Source: Dipteris shenzhenensis (taxonomy: Eukaryota). Taken from it: a DNA stretch of 64,000 nucleotides. The notes beneath the pieces were generated by a model. The model did not search any database. It worked only from the letters and a program-made list of their open reading frames with translations, and had not been told where the DNA came from. The position numbers and the translations under genes are program-made. The DNA lies in the NCBI GenBank assembly GCA_047967505.1, contig CM106538.1; one strand, given 5' to 3'. Every line of letters starts with the position of its first letter. Within the stretch, counting starts at the first letter, position 1. Shown piece after piece: positions 49,944 through 61,397 of this stretch.

Positions 49944-52900
49944 TGTTGAGAGTTCACGCTCAACATCATGTGATCATGTGTGCATAGCACCATCACGTGA
50001 TCATGTGTGCATAGCACCATCACGTGATCATATGTGCATAGCACTAACCTTATACAGTGCTATAAAGGAAAGGGTTAGATTCCCTAACCCTAACCCTAAA
50101 AGGGTTTGTATATATTCTATTTTTTTAACTAAATCTAGTGTACAGATAGTCATTTGTGGTGTGCTCTCTAGCTGTGCCCTCTCTCCTCATCTCCACTCTT
50201 CTCCTCTCCCCTCTTCATATTTTGTCATGGTATCAAAGCTCCCTTGCCTTTCGTTGAGGCATTGGGATCCTTGAAAGAGTGAGAGAGATCAAAAGATTGA
50301 GAGAGTTCTTCTTGAGTGATTTTCACTTTCATTGAGTGATAGAGAAAATCATGTTCATTTGAAAGATATTTCCGTCCATGTGAGGTTGAAAGGTTTCCTT
50401 CTTTGAGAGAGAGAGATCTAGTTTGTGAGAGGATTCATTGAGAGAGCTCTTGAAAAGTTTCATGAGAGACCTATGCTGAGAGATTTCTGCTATGAGAGAG
50501 ACTTTACTTTGAGAGAGTCTGTGAGAGAGAGACAGAGTCACTTTGTAGGTCCTATCCTGCACTTCAACCACACCCTTCACTTGAACTGTATTGGTGGCGA
50601 ACTACTTTAAGGGGAGCCTTGCCGTCGATGGGCTGCAGCAGCGACACCTACAAGTGAGATTAGCATCTTCAACAACTACCTCTGAGGCTCTGCAAGCTTC
50701 AGCAGCACCCTTGTACCAAGGCCTTGTGCCATCAATGGCCAGCTCCAAACTCCAAAACGTACGCACGCTTCTCCAACAGGCTGCCGACAAACGTCCACAC
50801 TCCTCTCCAGTCGCTTTTACAAAGCCATCTAGCAGCCCAAACTAAGGGCTGTCAACACTCCTAAGTACTATACATCGCCTCCTACACCTTCAACGAAAGC
50901 CCACACTATCCCTCTCCACAGATGCTAGCCTCTCCATATCTGGGCTACAAGCCAATGCCAATAGTCCTCAACGAGCTACATTATCCAAATCCAAAGATAG
51001 CAACAGCTTCTCTTGCGTTGGTAACTCCCAGCACCAGCAAGCAGCCTCAACTTCACAGAGCTCCTTCGCGTAGACGCAACTCCTCCAAAGGCTCTAGTGA
51101 GCCTCTTGCAATCCAACTGCGCCCAACAACTAACCTCTCCAACGAATAGCTAAGACGGAGCCTTGACCAAGCGACTATTCCTCAACGCCTCTGCCAACGA
51201 GCTCAAGGCATCGTTTCCAAGCCTCTCCAACAGAGCCTCTACACCAACTCTCCAAGAAGCGCTACTAGCAACTACATCAACCAAAGATGAGCTCACAGGC
51301 GACCTGCAACAAGCAGAGACTCTCGAAAGCTTCAACGACTCTGATGCTTCAAACTCCAAAGCAATGCCAAGCTTCTGCTCATAGTCTAGCTCCTCGACTC
51401 AACAAAACTAAATGAAGTCTAGTAGTAAGATGGGCTCCCAGTGGCAGCGTCAACATCCGTCTTCAACGAAGCCCACTGCTTTCTTCGACTCGATTGACGG
51501 AATCATCAAGATTTTGAAGTATCCGGAATCTTCTTAGATTCTGGTGCCTCACCTCGTGACACATGGCATCATGGTGGCCCTCCTTATCTCCAACCCAAGG
51601 TTGGTTCTCACACTGTCACGTGGCATGCATCTAACCACACCCATGCTTGGTCAGCCTTATGCCATGTGTAGATAAGAGTTAACCTCGGTTCATGTTAACC
51701 CCTGGTTAGGTCACCAGAGTAAGGTTTGGCCAAAAATCTACCACGTGGCACCCTTATCTCCTTATCTACCATGTCATCGCCCTCGTTTAGCATGCCACAT
51801 CATCACATTATCCTGACACGTGGCAACTGGCTGCCACATCATCAACTCATCTGATCTACCATGTCACCCTACCAGCTCAACTGCCACATCACTTGTGCCA
51901 CATCATCAACCATGTTAGCACTAACACGTCATCAACCACGTCATCAGTGACACATCATCTAGGTCACATCATCAGTGTCACATCATCAGTGCCACGTCAA
52001 TAGTGCCATGTCATCTGGCCATGTCATCAGGCCACATCATCACTGCCACATTACCTCTGCCACCTCAGCACTGCCACCTCAGTAGTGCCACCTCAGCACT
52101 GCCACCTCAACTATCCAATCAGCATTAACCTCTGCAGGCACAGTCCCTTTCCAGGCACACTGTGCACACACTGTATGTGCACACTCCTGCCACCTCAACA
52201 TAGAGCTTCACAGGCACACCTCTTGCTAAGCACATTGCCACATCATCACTACATGTGACTCACAGTGACACATCATCATTGAGCACCATTTGCACTCCTT
52301 TTGCCCCTCCACCTAGATCAAGTCATATTTCTTGATCCAGGAAGAATTTGAGGGCACTCCAAAAAGGAAAGTCACTCGTTTTTTCATGCTCTACGCGCTC
52401 GTTACATCATGTGCACATTTAAGTGCAAGTTACACTCACATTTAAGCCTCGTCAACCAAACCACTTCCTTCACGCACATTTGCCTCTACATCAACGCATC
52501 TGACCCAGCACTTAAAAAGAACAAAAGAAAAGGAATTATTTGCTATTCTTTCATCGATCGATGGTTGGTTTAGATCTAGATCAGAGTAGGCTAGATCGCC
52601 ATAGAGGGGACGCTTTGAATTTCCCAAGTTGCCAATCTAAGCCATGCCCGAAATTCCCGACTAGTACTTACTCGGATCCGATTTCACATCATTACATTAC
52701 CTGAAACCTAACGTTCATCAGTTCAGTGAGTAGACTTCAGAGTTAAGAGGCATTGCAGATTGATTCAGTGGGCAGATAGCATTTGATTTCACACACACAT
52801 GCCACCATTGTAAAGCCTATTCGGCTATCTCACGGCATCGTGCACATCATTTTCAGCCTTGGAAAGCCTCTTGGCTATTCTCGGCATCATTGCCACGAGC

Positions 52901-54236
52901 CTTGTAACACATATCATATTTTATATAGTGCAGTTCTATCTTCACCGACGGTATAGAGATTTCACTTGGCATATTCAGAGTATTTGTAGTTGATTCATAT
53001 AGAGATCTTCACGACATTTTTTGAGTACATTTCTTGCAAATGAACATGGAAATATGTTTCTTGCAAGCGAGGAATTGCATCAGACTGATACAATGCACCT
53101 AGACATTGATTTCAATCCCAAATAGGATTACAGTTATCAAGTTGACCAAATGGAATAGGATCCTTGGTACATCTATAGCGGTGCATCATCTCATATGACA
53201 AATCATCAGGAATGGTTCATAGAAATGAAACCATTAGAAGGTCAGAAGAATGTCATCTACACAGCACACAATACACCGAATCCAGTTCAAGGGACAGGTG
53301 TTATCCCTATGAACAATTTCACTGGTACAAAAGGATTAGTCAAAGATGTGCTTTATGTTCTGAAGCTCAGTAAGAACCTTTTCTCAGTAGGTCAAATGAT
53401 GGAACACAATTACAAAGTCATCTTCGACGGTGATGAATGCACTATTAGAGACAAATCTAAAAGATGTCAGCTAGTAGCAAAAGGTGTCAAGGAAGGATGC
53501 TTATACAGGATGCTAGCTACAGTACCAGATAAGCATGCCATGTCAGCTCAAATGCAATAGATGCCACTATCTGTAAAATGGCACAAGAGACATGGTCTTG
53601 TCAACTTCAAGTACTTGTTAGATCTAAGGAATCGGCAATTGGGATTCCGAAGCTACAGTTTCTTGGAAAGGTTTGCGAAGCATGCTGTTTCGACAAACAA
53701 AAGCAAACCAACTTTGTTAGAAGTACCTCTCGTGCACGAGGTATTCTTGATTTGATATATACAGATGTATGGGGTTATGCCCAGACCCCGCAGCATCAAT
53801 GGTTCACTTTACTACTTGGCCTTCATCGACGACTATAGAAGATATTGTTGGGTCTACTTTCTAAAAGAGAAATCTGAAGTGTTTTCCAGATTTCAAGAAT
53901 TCAAAGCCATGGTAGAAAACTAGATAGGCAGAAAGATTAAGGTCATGAGATCAGACAGAGGAGGTGAATACATGTCTTCAGCATTCATGAACTTTTGCAA
54001 AAATCACGGCATACGAAGACAATTCACATATGCAAATACTCCTCAGTAGAATGCAATAGCTAAAAGGAAGAATGGGACTTTAGCAGACACTGCTAGAGCA
54101 ATGCTTAGTGAAAATCATCTTCTGAATCAGTATTAGGCAGAAGCAATAGCTACAGCTAACTATTTGCTTAATCGGCTTCCTACCAAACAGATACAAGGTA
54201 TGACTCCTTATGAAGCATTCACTGGACACAAGCCAC
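49944..54236 (+). mobile_element. Copia family B 5' portion (LTR 49944-50227, PBS, ~2.8 kb leader, gag deleted, PR-IN), 3'-truncated
   Basis: TGTTGAGAG..TTTGTCA then TGGTATCAAAGC; 53030-54236 homologous to 33480-34680. Confidence 0.92.
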
Positions 54237-54555
54237 GCATGTCATTTGGGACCCACTCCTTCATTATACAATTAGTATACAATGTGTTGTTATCCACATT
54301 CTCCTTCGTGCCCTTTGGCTCATACCATACCGCTGTAAATGTTGTAGCTCTCCCTTGGTCATCTCTTTGCACATCAACTACTTTTGCAACCCAAAACTTC
54401 ACATTCTCATATTCATCATCCGATGGCCGAACCACAACAAAACAATCGACCTCTATATCTACTTGTGGCATAAACTCTCTCTTCTTCGGTCCACAATATG
54501 GACGTGGGAGTATGATGTATTGAATATTGACCTTCTCCCGTTTCTCCTTTGATTG
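54237..54555 (-). pseudogene. BAH-like beta-strand domain fragment
   Basis: RPYCGPKKREFMPQVDIEVDCFVVVRPSDDEYENVKFWVAKVVDV..TAVWYEP resembles the BAH pattern (xFVxVxP..xxVAxI..vxWY). Confidence 0.45.
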
Positions 54556-54639
54556 ACAAATGTGTTAGATATAAGGAATATTATCAGGCTTGCTCATTAT
54601 GGCAGTGAACCAATACATAGCAATCATAATCAATATATG

Positions 54640-55660
54640 TATTTTAAAGAAGTGATTTTGGAGTGGGAGGAGATTACTACTAAGTACATAAAAGAGTTCT
54701 TGGAGGCAAACCCAGTATTTAGTTTGACTAGTTCAAGTGATTTTGTGGTCTCTCAACATAGAAATAAAAGTGGAGATACTCGTGAGCGAGACAAGGAACA
54801 ATCAATAAAATTTCAAGAGCAAGAACTTCAAACAGGATGAACTGCTTTGGATTTTTGTAAATGGGCGCTCATTAATAGAATAAAGCGGCCAATTTCTTTG
54901 AGTGATATGCAAGCTTGTTTGTATGCTCAAAAATCGGGTTACATTCGTCCATATATCACTGGAGCGTCTACAAAGACGTACATAACAAGTGTACAAGATC
55001 CACTTAGATTAAACATACGATAAATTTTTGAGAATATTAATTTCTTATATTAATTGCTTATTTATGATGTGTCATTTTGTAAATTCCTTTATTTCTCAAT
55101 TTTGTCCAACATTTCAATAACTATCGATCCTTTTCTTTTATGTGCAGGGTTTGATGACTTGTTGGAAGAAGTGAAGAATGGATTGATTCTTGAATTTGAC
55201 CCTAAGGTGAATGGCTTATGGGAACACAATCTCCTGATATTAATTGATTCCATATTTGAGTTCAAAGTTCTTCAATTTGAAGTGAAGAGATCATCGATTT
55301 CAAGAGCAGGATATGGCTTGTTTATGCATGCAGCTGTAGTCTAATAAAACAAAGACATTTTGTGTACAATGGTCCAAAGTATGGTTACGATAGTTGGCTT
55401 ACTCTTTGTACTCAATTTCAAAGGTTTAAGATCTATGGCCTCCTTGAAGATCCAAAAGTTACACCAAAAGAGGATAGGCAATGCATCGTGGGAGACGTGT
55501 TGTATTGGAATGTAGCTGGATACATCAATAGCTCTATCAATTGTAAGGATAGCATGAATGCTATATATGTATATGATCTTAATGTACCACCTCAATGGAT
55601 TAAAGACAAATGAGACTCTAATGTTTTGGATATAGTAACAAGTATTGATATGTTAAATGT
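54640..55660 (+). pseudogene. Decayed SET-domain protein gene
   Basis: After acceptor TGTGCAG (55147): FEVKRSSISRAGYGLF, VYNG, NVAGYINSS..MNA, which are SET motifs in order; stops and frameshift near 55345-55360. Confidence 0.7.
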
Positions 55661-56326
55661 ATGGACATAAAGTGTCTTTGTTTTGGTTGGCTGAGTTTTG
55701 AGCTTTGAAAATTACATATAGTTGTTAAAGTTCCTTGAATTTGCATGAAAATGCCCAAAACAAAAGTGGGAAATGTATATTGCTAGTGCAGTTCAAAATG
55801 CTAGAAATAAAACACTTGAATCTTGACATTTAAAATTTTGTATTTTCCAAGATTTCTCTACCAAGCACCCCCTTTTGACTTGAAACTTAATCCAATCAAT
55901 GGAAAGGATGCTATTGTTCAACTCAGCCCATATGCATCAGTAGATGAATTACTACTGTCATTTGATGGATGGACGTTGTAAATAACTTGTGTGTGTGTTA
56001 ATAGCCAACAATTGTAACTAGATGTAATGTTTGGTAATGGAAAACATTTGAATTTTAGACGTATTTTACATTTTGTATTTTCCATAAGCTAGATGACCTA
56101 TAAATTGCTTTTTGGTGTGGTAATAATCCAACATTTGTAGCTAGATGTAACGTTTTGTAATGGAAAAACATTTGAATGTTTTGACATTTTATAATTTGTC
56201 TTTGACATGAGTTGAAGGACCTACAAATCACTTTTGAGTAGTCCAAACCCATCCTCTAAAAACAAAACAATGTGCTATTTGAGATAGTTTCCCACATGGT
56301 TGAAACCCATCACTCACACATAGAAA

Positions 56327-56746
56327 CTAGTTGATGTGACATCCCCATTGAGTTCACTAGCACTCGATGATGGGTGCAGACCATAGTATACACTTGTACA
56401 TTTGCACATATTCCCTGGCACAAAGATGTGCATCCCTAGCACTCTAACAAGCTCAAACAATAATATGCACTTACACATTTGCACACATATTCACACCTCA
56501 CATGAGCATCTATTATACAAGGATCTTCGTATTGAATTTCTGTGAGACTAGTTAATGTGACATCCCCATTGAGTTCACTAGCACTCGATGATGGGTGGAG
56601 ACCATAGTATACACTCACGCGCACAAAGATGTGCATCCCTAGCACCTCTAGCAACAAGACAATAATATACACTTACACATTTGCACACATATTCACACCT
56701 CACACGAGCATCTATTATACAAGACCTTCATATTGAATTTCCGTGA
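56327..56746 (+). repeat. ~220-bp tandem duplication
   Basis: CTAGTT(G/A)ATGTGACATCCCCATTGAGTTCACTAGCACTCG at 56327 and 56548. Confidence 0.88.
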
Positions 56747-57292
56747 ACATTCAAGGTGCTAAATAGACTTGTCATAACAAAGGCTAGCACTAAAGGAGAA
56801 CCCTAATAAAAAGCCAACCATGTTCTCTTCATCCAAGCTAGAACTATCTATGAAGTCAAGAGTTTTTCATTTTAGCCTCTTCCAAACGAGCATTTTTAAG
56901 CAAAAGACACAATAGCTAAGTGGACAACACACCACCATAATTAGAAAAAAATATTATGTACGCCCCCCACAACTTGGGCGAAAACATCACCGTTGAAATT
57001 TGCATTAGCTAATATAGGACAAACATATATCGAATGCCATCCCAAGCTCACCTCCAAAAGCAAAACAAGTACTATAATTTTCACCTCATAATCGTCACCA
57101 CCAATTGAAAATAATAAACTTCATCAACATAGCAGGGCTTCGCTACGTGACATCATCAATGATTGTTAACGATGGCTGTAAGACCATGACCTGAACATAT
57201 GCTCACACATTTACACATCCACACACCTACACACATGGCATCAATTTATACAAAGTTCTTCATACTAAGTTTTGTCAACACTCCAAAGGTTA

Positions 57293-57294
<2 letters not shown>

Positions 57295-57357
<63 letters not shown>
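57295..57357. repeat. (TG)n(AG)n compound microsatellite
   Basis: Direct reading. Confidence 0.95.
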
Positions 57358-57358
<1 letters not shown>

Positions 57359-57520
57359 GACATGAATAAAATCACATATTATGCATTCACTTATCTAAGA
57401 TGTTCATCCTATGTTTCTATCAACACTCTAGAAGTGTAGGGCAACCTTTACCGTGACAGAGTCCAAAACTAAGAAGCTCCACTTTCAAAGGGGGGGGAGA
57501 GAGAGAAAGAGAGAGAGAGA

Positions 57521-57866
57521 GATGATGATGATGATGATGATATATTAGCGTCCACAAGAGCTATTGAGATATGACCTATGGGACCTAGCAAGAATATTAT
57601 TTAGTCTCCTCTTAAGGAATCAGAGTTCGCATTTTGTGATTTGCCGAAAAGTACACTCTAATGTCGGAATAGATTGGGCATTTGAATGCTTAGTGTTCCT
57701 CATTCTTCAATGTCATGACCTTCACATAAGGTGCATGTCGATCTTCTCTTTCTAGACCACTCCATGCTCTGGTTTCAACGACCAAATCATGGGAGTGGGC
57801 CTGAAGAAGTGTGATAGCTCACCTTGCCTTGGGTGGCATGGGAATGACAATATGTGGTTGGTGGCC

Positions 57867-57868
<2 letters not shown>
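57521..57868 (-). mobile_element. 5'-truncated non-LTR retrotransposon (RTE-X/L2-like C-terminus) with (CAT)n tail
   Basis: AHSHDLVVETRAWSGLEREDR..CTLCE..EEH*AFKCPIYSDIR (CCHC motif, frameshifted); (GAT)7 at 57521-57541. Confidence 0.75.
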
Positions 57869-57920
<52 letters not shown>

Positions 57921-58169
57921 TTACTACAATAGACCTATACCTCTATGAGAGCAGAACAATTTTCAAACTCCATATGCTTCAATATAAATTTAGCTAGTTC
58001 CATTGCAAAGTTCCAAGAGCCTTTTCCATTTACAACTACATTTATATAGCCTCCCAGCTCGCAAATCTTTAGAAGTCTGTTGGAGGTCATTTGCTATCTC
58101 TAGAAGTCCGTTGGAGGTCTTTTCCTAACAACTTATGGACCATGTCCTACCTCCTCAACTGTTCATAGT

Positions 58170-59074
58170 TACACAATTTAAGAGCACACCTCCTAACCTA
58201 TGTGTCCTCAAAGCCCTGGACCATGCACATTTGTTGTGGTATCCTTTCAAAGGGTACCCAAGAGAATAAAAAATACAACGTAACACTGCCAAAAATGGAA
58301 GGAAACAATCCATATGGAAGTTGGGCTGCTTACCTTTCTTCCAGAAAAGTTGTTAACATCTGATGGTGGACACAGAAACAAACCTTGTAAAAAATTTAAC
58401 CTGCCTCTTCAAAATATCAATTCAGACTTGCAGCAAAATCAATAACAAACACAGTTTGCCACATGAGCTCTTGAATATTTTTTCCATTAATGATACTCAA
58501 CTCTGACCAGAATAAACCACGGCTTAAAATATACAACCTGAAGCATGTTCTGAAATTTTGTACCACGGATCACTAGATGGCCTAAAAATCAGACAATTGC
58601 ACTAAAGAAGAAGCTAGGCGAAACTGGAAATGCAACCACTGATAACCCCAGCTTACAAATATATTTTAAGCCAAGGTTTAAAGAAGGCAATGACTGGTCT
58701 CTCTGCTTTGAATTTTTGGAACTGAGAGTGAGATAAAGGGTGATGTGATGTTCCCCATGCTGATATTCAAGCAACTAATCAAGAACTGCCACCTTCATAT
58801 CTCAACCCATAGTATCTACTTAACCGTTGTATGGTATTATCCTTAATGCAGCTCAGTATCTCCTCCAATTTTCTGAGATTCTCCTTCACTTTTTCTTCTT
58901 GTTCTTTTGCTAGTTTTTCCTCTGCCTTCCTCAGTTCCTGGGCAAATTACAACAATCTATCACCATCTGAGATCAGCTACTAGCAAATGCTCCAAAATAG
59001 ATTAAGCTACCTGTAATGATTGAAAAGTACCACAGCTTGTGCATGCCGATGCACCACTTCAACGTATGCTTTAA
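58170..59074 (-). pseudogene. Multi-exon gene fragment, unknown product (coiled-coil-like)
   Basis: GT-AG exons 59011-59074, 58825-58937, 58657-58721, 58538-58581 and 58334-58359; the last four splice in frame to ELRKAEEKLAKEQEEKVKENLRKLEEIL..LKYICHLVIRGTKFQNMLQMLTTFLEE. Confidence 0.6.
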
Positions 59075-59780
59075 CTAGATGCACACAGACATTACTAACA
59101 AATAATCCAAAACAAGAGCACACACTAAGAAGCCCAACCGCTATCTATCTTCTCACATAATAACAAGTTCTTCCAAACAGATAACTGGGTAGACACGTCC
59201 AGACACATGGTATAGATCTGGACGAGTCAAGACCTCTGAGTTGGAGTAGCTCCTGCGAATGCTCCCAGCCCCCCCCCCCCCCCCCCCGGCTCCCGTCTAC
59301 CTCCCTCGCGCCGCGCAGCCCCCTCCCCCCTTCCCTTCCTTCCCCTCCTCCGCCTCGCGCCGCGCTGCCGCCACCCTCCCTCCTCCCCTCCTTCCTTCTC
59401 CGCCTCCGCCTCACGCCGCACTGCCACACCCCCGCCCTCCCTTCCTCCCCCTTCCCCACCTTTGCGCCGCGCTGCCCCCCCCCCCCTCCTTCCTCCCTTC
59501 CTTCCTTCTCCGCCTCCGCCTCACGCCGCGCTGCCACACCCCCGCCTCTCCTCCTTCCCCTTCCCCGCCTTCGCGCCGCGCTGCCACCCCCTCCCTTCCC
59601 TCCCTCCTCCCTTCCTTCGCCTTTTCTCTCTCCCTGCTGCCGTCTCTCCTCCTCCCGCTTCCTCCTACGCCTCCCTCCCTCCTCCTTTCCTTCCCCTCCT
59701 TCGCCTCCATTCCTCCCTCCCTCGCCTTTGCCGTTTCTTTTCCCCCGTCTTTTGGAGCTTTCGCAGTTTGTCAGTGTGGT

Positions 59781-60700
59781 ATGGCGGCCATAAGCCCGGA
59801 ACCGGTGGCCCAGACAAACCCCCTCCCTCCTTCAGCCTACCACGTAACACTGACAGAACATCAGGTCTCCTTGGTGAAGTAGGCTGCCAATGACTTTTCC
59901 CAGACTTCCGTATATGGAAGTGTCATTGGCTACGCCCCTTCACGAGCAGACATCAGGGACTGGCTGCAGTCCACCCTATACCTTGAGGACAGCCACATTG
60001 AGGAGGTCGCACTCATGGGACGTGGCATCTTCTGGCTCAAGCTCTCCTCGGCGCAGGCTACGAGCGATATGGTCAGACGGTCAACTACCTCTGTGGGTGG
60101 GAAGATGCTTATGGTCCCGTGGTATAGGGGTTTCAGTGTAGCGGACTTCGATGCCCGCTTCCGCATCCCCCGCCATCCAGTTACCCTCATCTTCCCAGGG
60201 CTCGCAACAGAGCTTCGCCCGATCATCAAGGACTTGGGGGCACAATTTGGCTGGCTCATGCAGGACACCTTCGTTGATGTGGTGGCAGCCCAAGGGGTTC
60301 CACGCGTCAAAGTGGCAGTCCTAGATCCGCAGAGTATTCCCTTGGAGTTCGAGATTGAGATGGAGTGGTGACGCAGGTGTGGTGACGCAGCGCATTATGG
60401 TCACTGGTCGCCCAGATCAGTGTCTGAGATGCCACGGCTTCGGGCACCAGGCGTGCTCTTGCCCTCGCTTCACGAGGACAGAACCTCCGATGGCCCCCAA
60501 CCAGGCAACTCAGGATCCCCCCCGTCAGGCGTCGACAACCCCTCCACAAGGGGAAGGTTGGACTGAGGTCAAAAGGAAAAGGAAAGGAAACAAAACAATA
60601 ACCAAAAAGCCTCCTCTCCAGTAGGAGACCCTTGAGGTCACCAGTCAGCAGCAGCCCGGTAAGGGGAAGGAGAAGGTCAGCCAACCTCATCCTCATCTTT
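59781..60700 (+). pseudogene. L1-type LINE ORF1 (DUF4283-like plus zinc knuckle), frameshifted; C-rich 5' region from about 59250
   Basis: MGRGIFWLKL..MVPWYRGF..PVTLIFPGL..; CLRCHGFGHQACSC. Confidence 0.8.
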
Positions 60701-61361
60701 CACCCCATCCCACTCCTCCTCCCCCCTCCTCCTCGGTTCCCCTACCTCCCCCCCTTCCGGGACCCCCCGGCATCTTTGGTTTCAGGCCCCCCCCTCTCCC
60801 TCGAGCATGAGCCTGCGGGGACCCCCCCTTCCTCCTGCGGCCCTGGAGCTAGCACAGACCTCCTCCGCGCCTATCCCCCCTGGACAAGTGGAGGGTTGGC
60901 ACAAGGAATCTTGCCACCTCATCCTATTTTTCCCATTATTTAACTTGCATCCTTGGACTATCTATACCCCCCCCCCCCCCCACATGGGCCTATCTTACAT
61001 GGAGCGAATAATCTAATATAATATCCATCTCCACCTATTTTATATTACTTCTCTCATGGACTTTAGGCCATATCTCACTAAATGCACGCATGGGACCGCC
61101 TAGGTGGAGAGGTGGCACATGGAGGAACCATGCCACCTTACATTTTATAATATTACTACCATGGATTATGTACAACACACCTTATGGGTCCTCTTACGTG
61201 GAAGGGTGGCACATGGTCATGCCCTGCCACCTCAACCCTGGGCCCTATGCACATCATATTTTATTATACTATTGCCACACATACAAACACACACACATAT
61301 TTATGCCTTTTTCCTTGGACAAATTTATCCATAACAATGTATGTATGTACATGTGCGATGT

Positions 61362-61393
<32 letters not shown>

Positions 61394-61397
<4 letters not shown>

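Noticed and set aside
54208-54236. End of ORF 54208-54471 as part of the BAH-like protein
   Set aside because: These codons are antisense copia sequence across the junction
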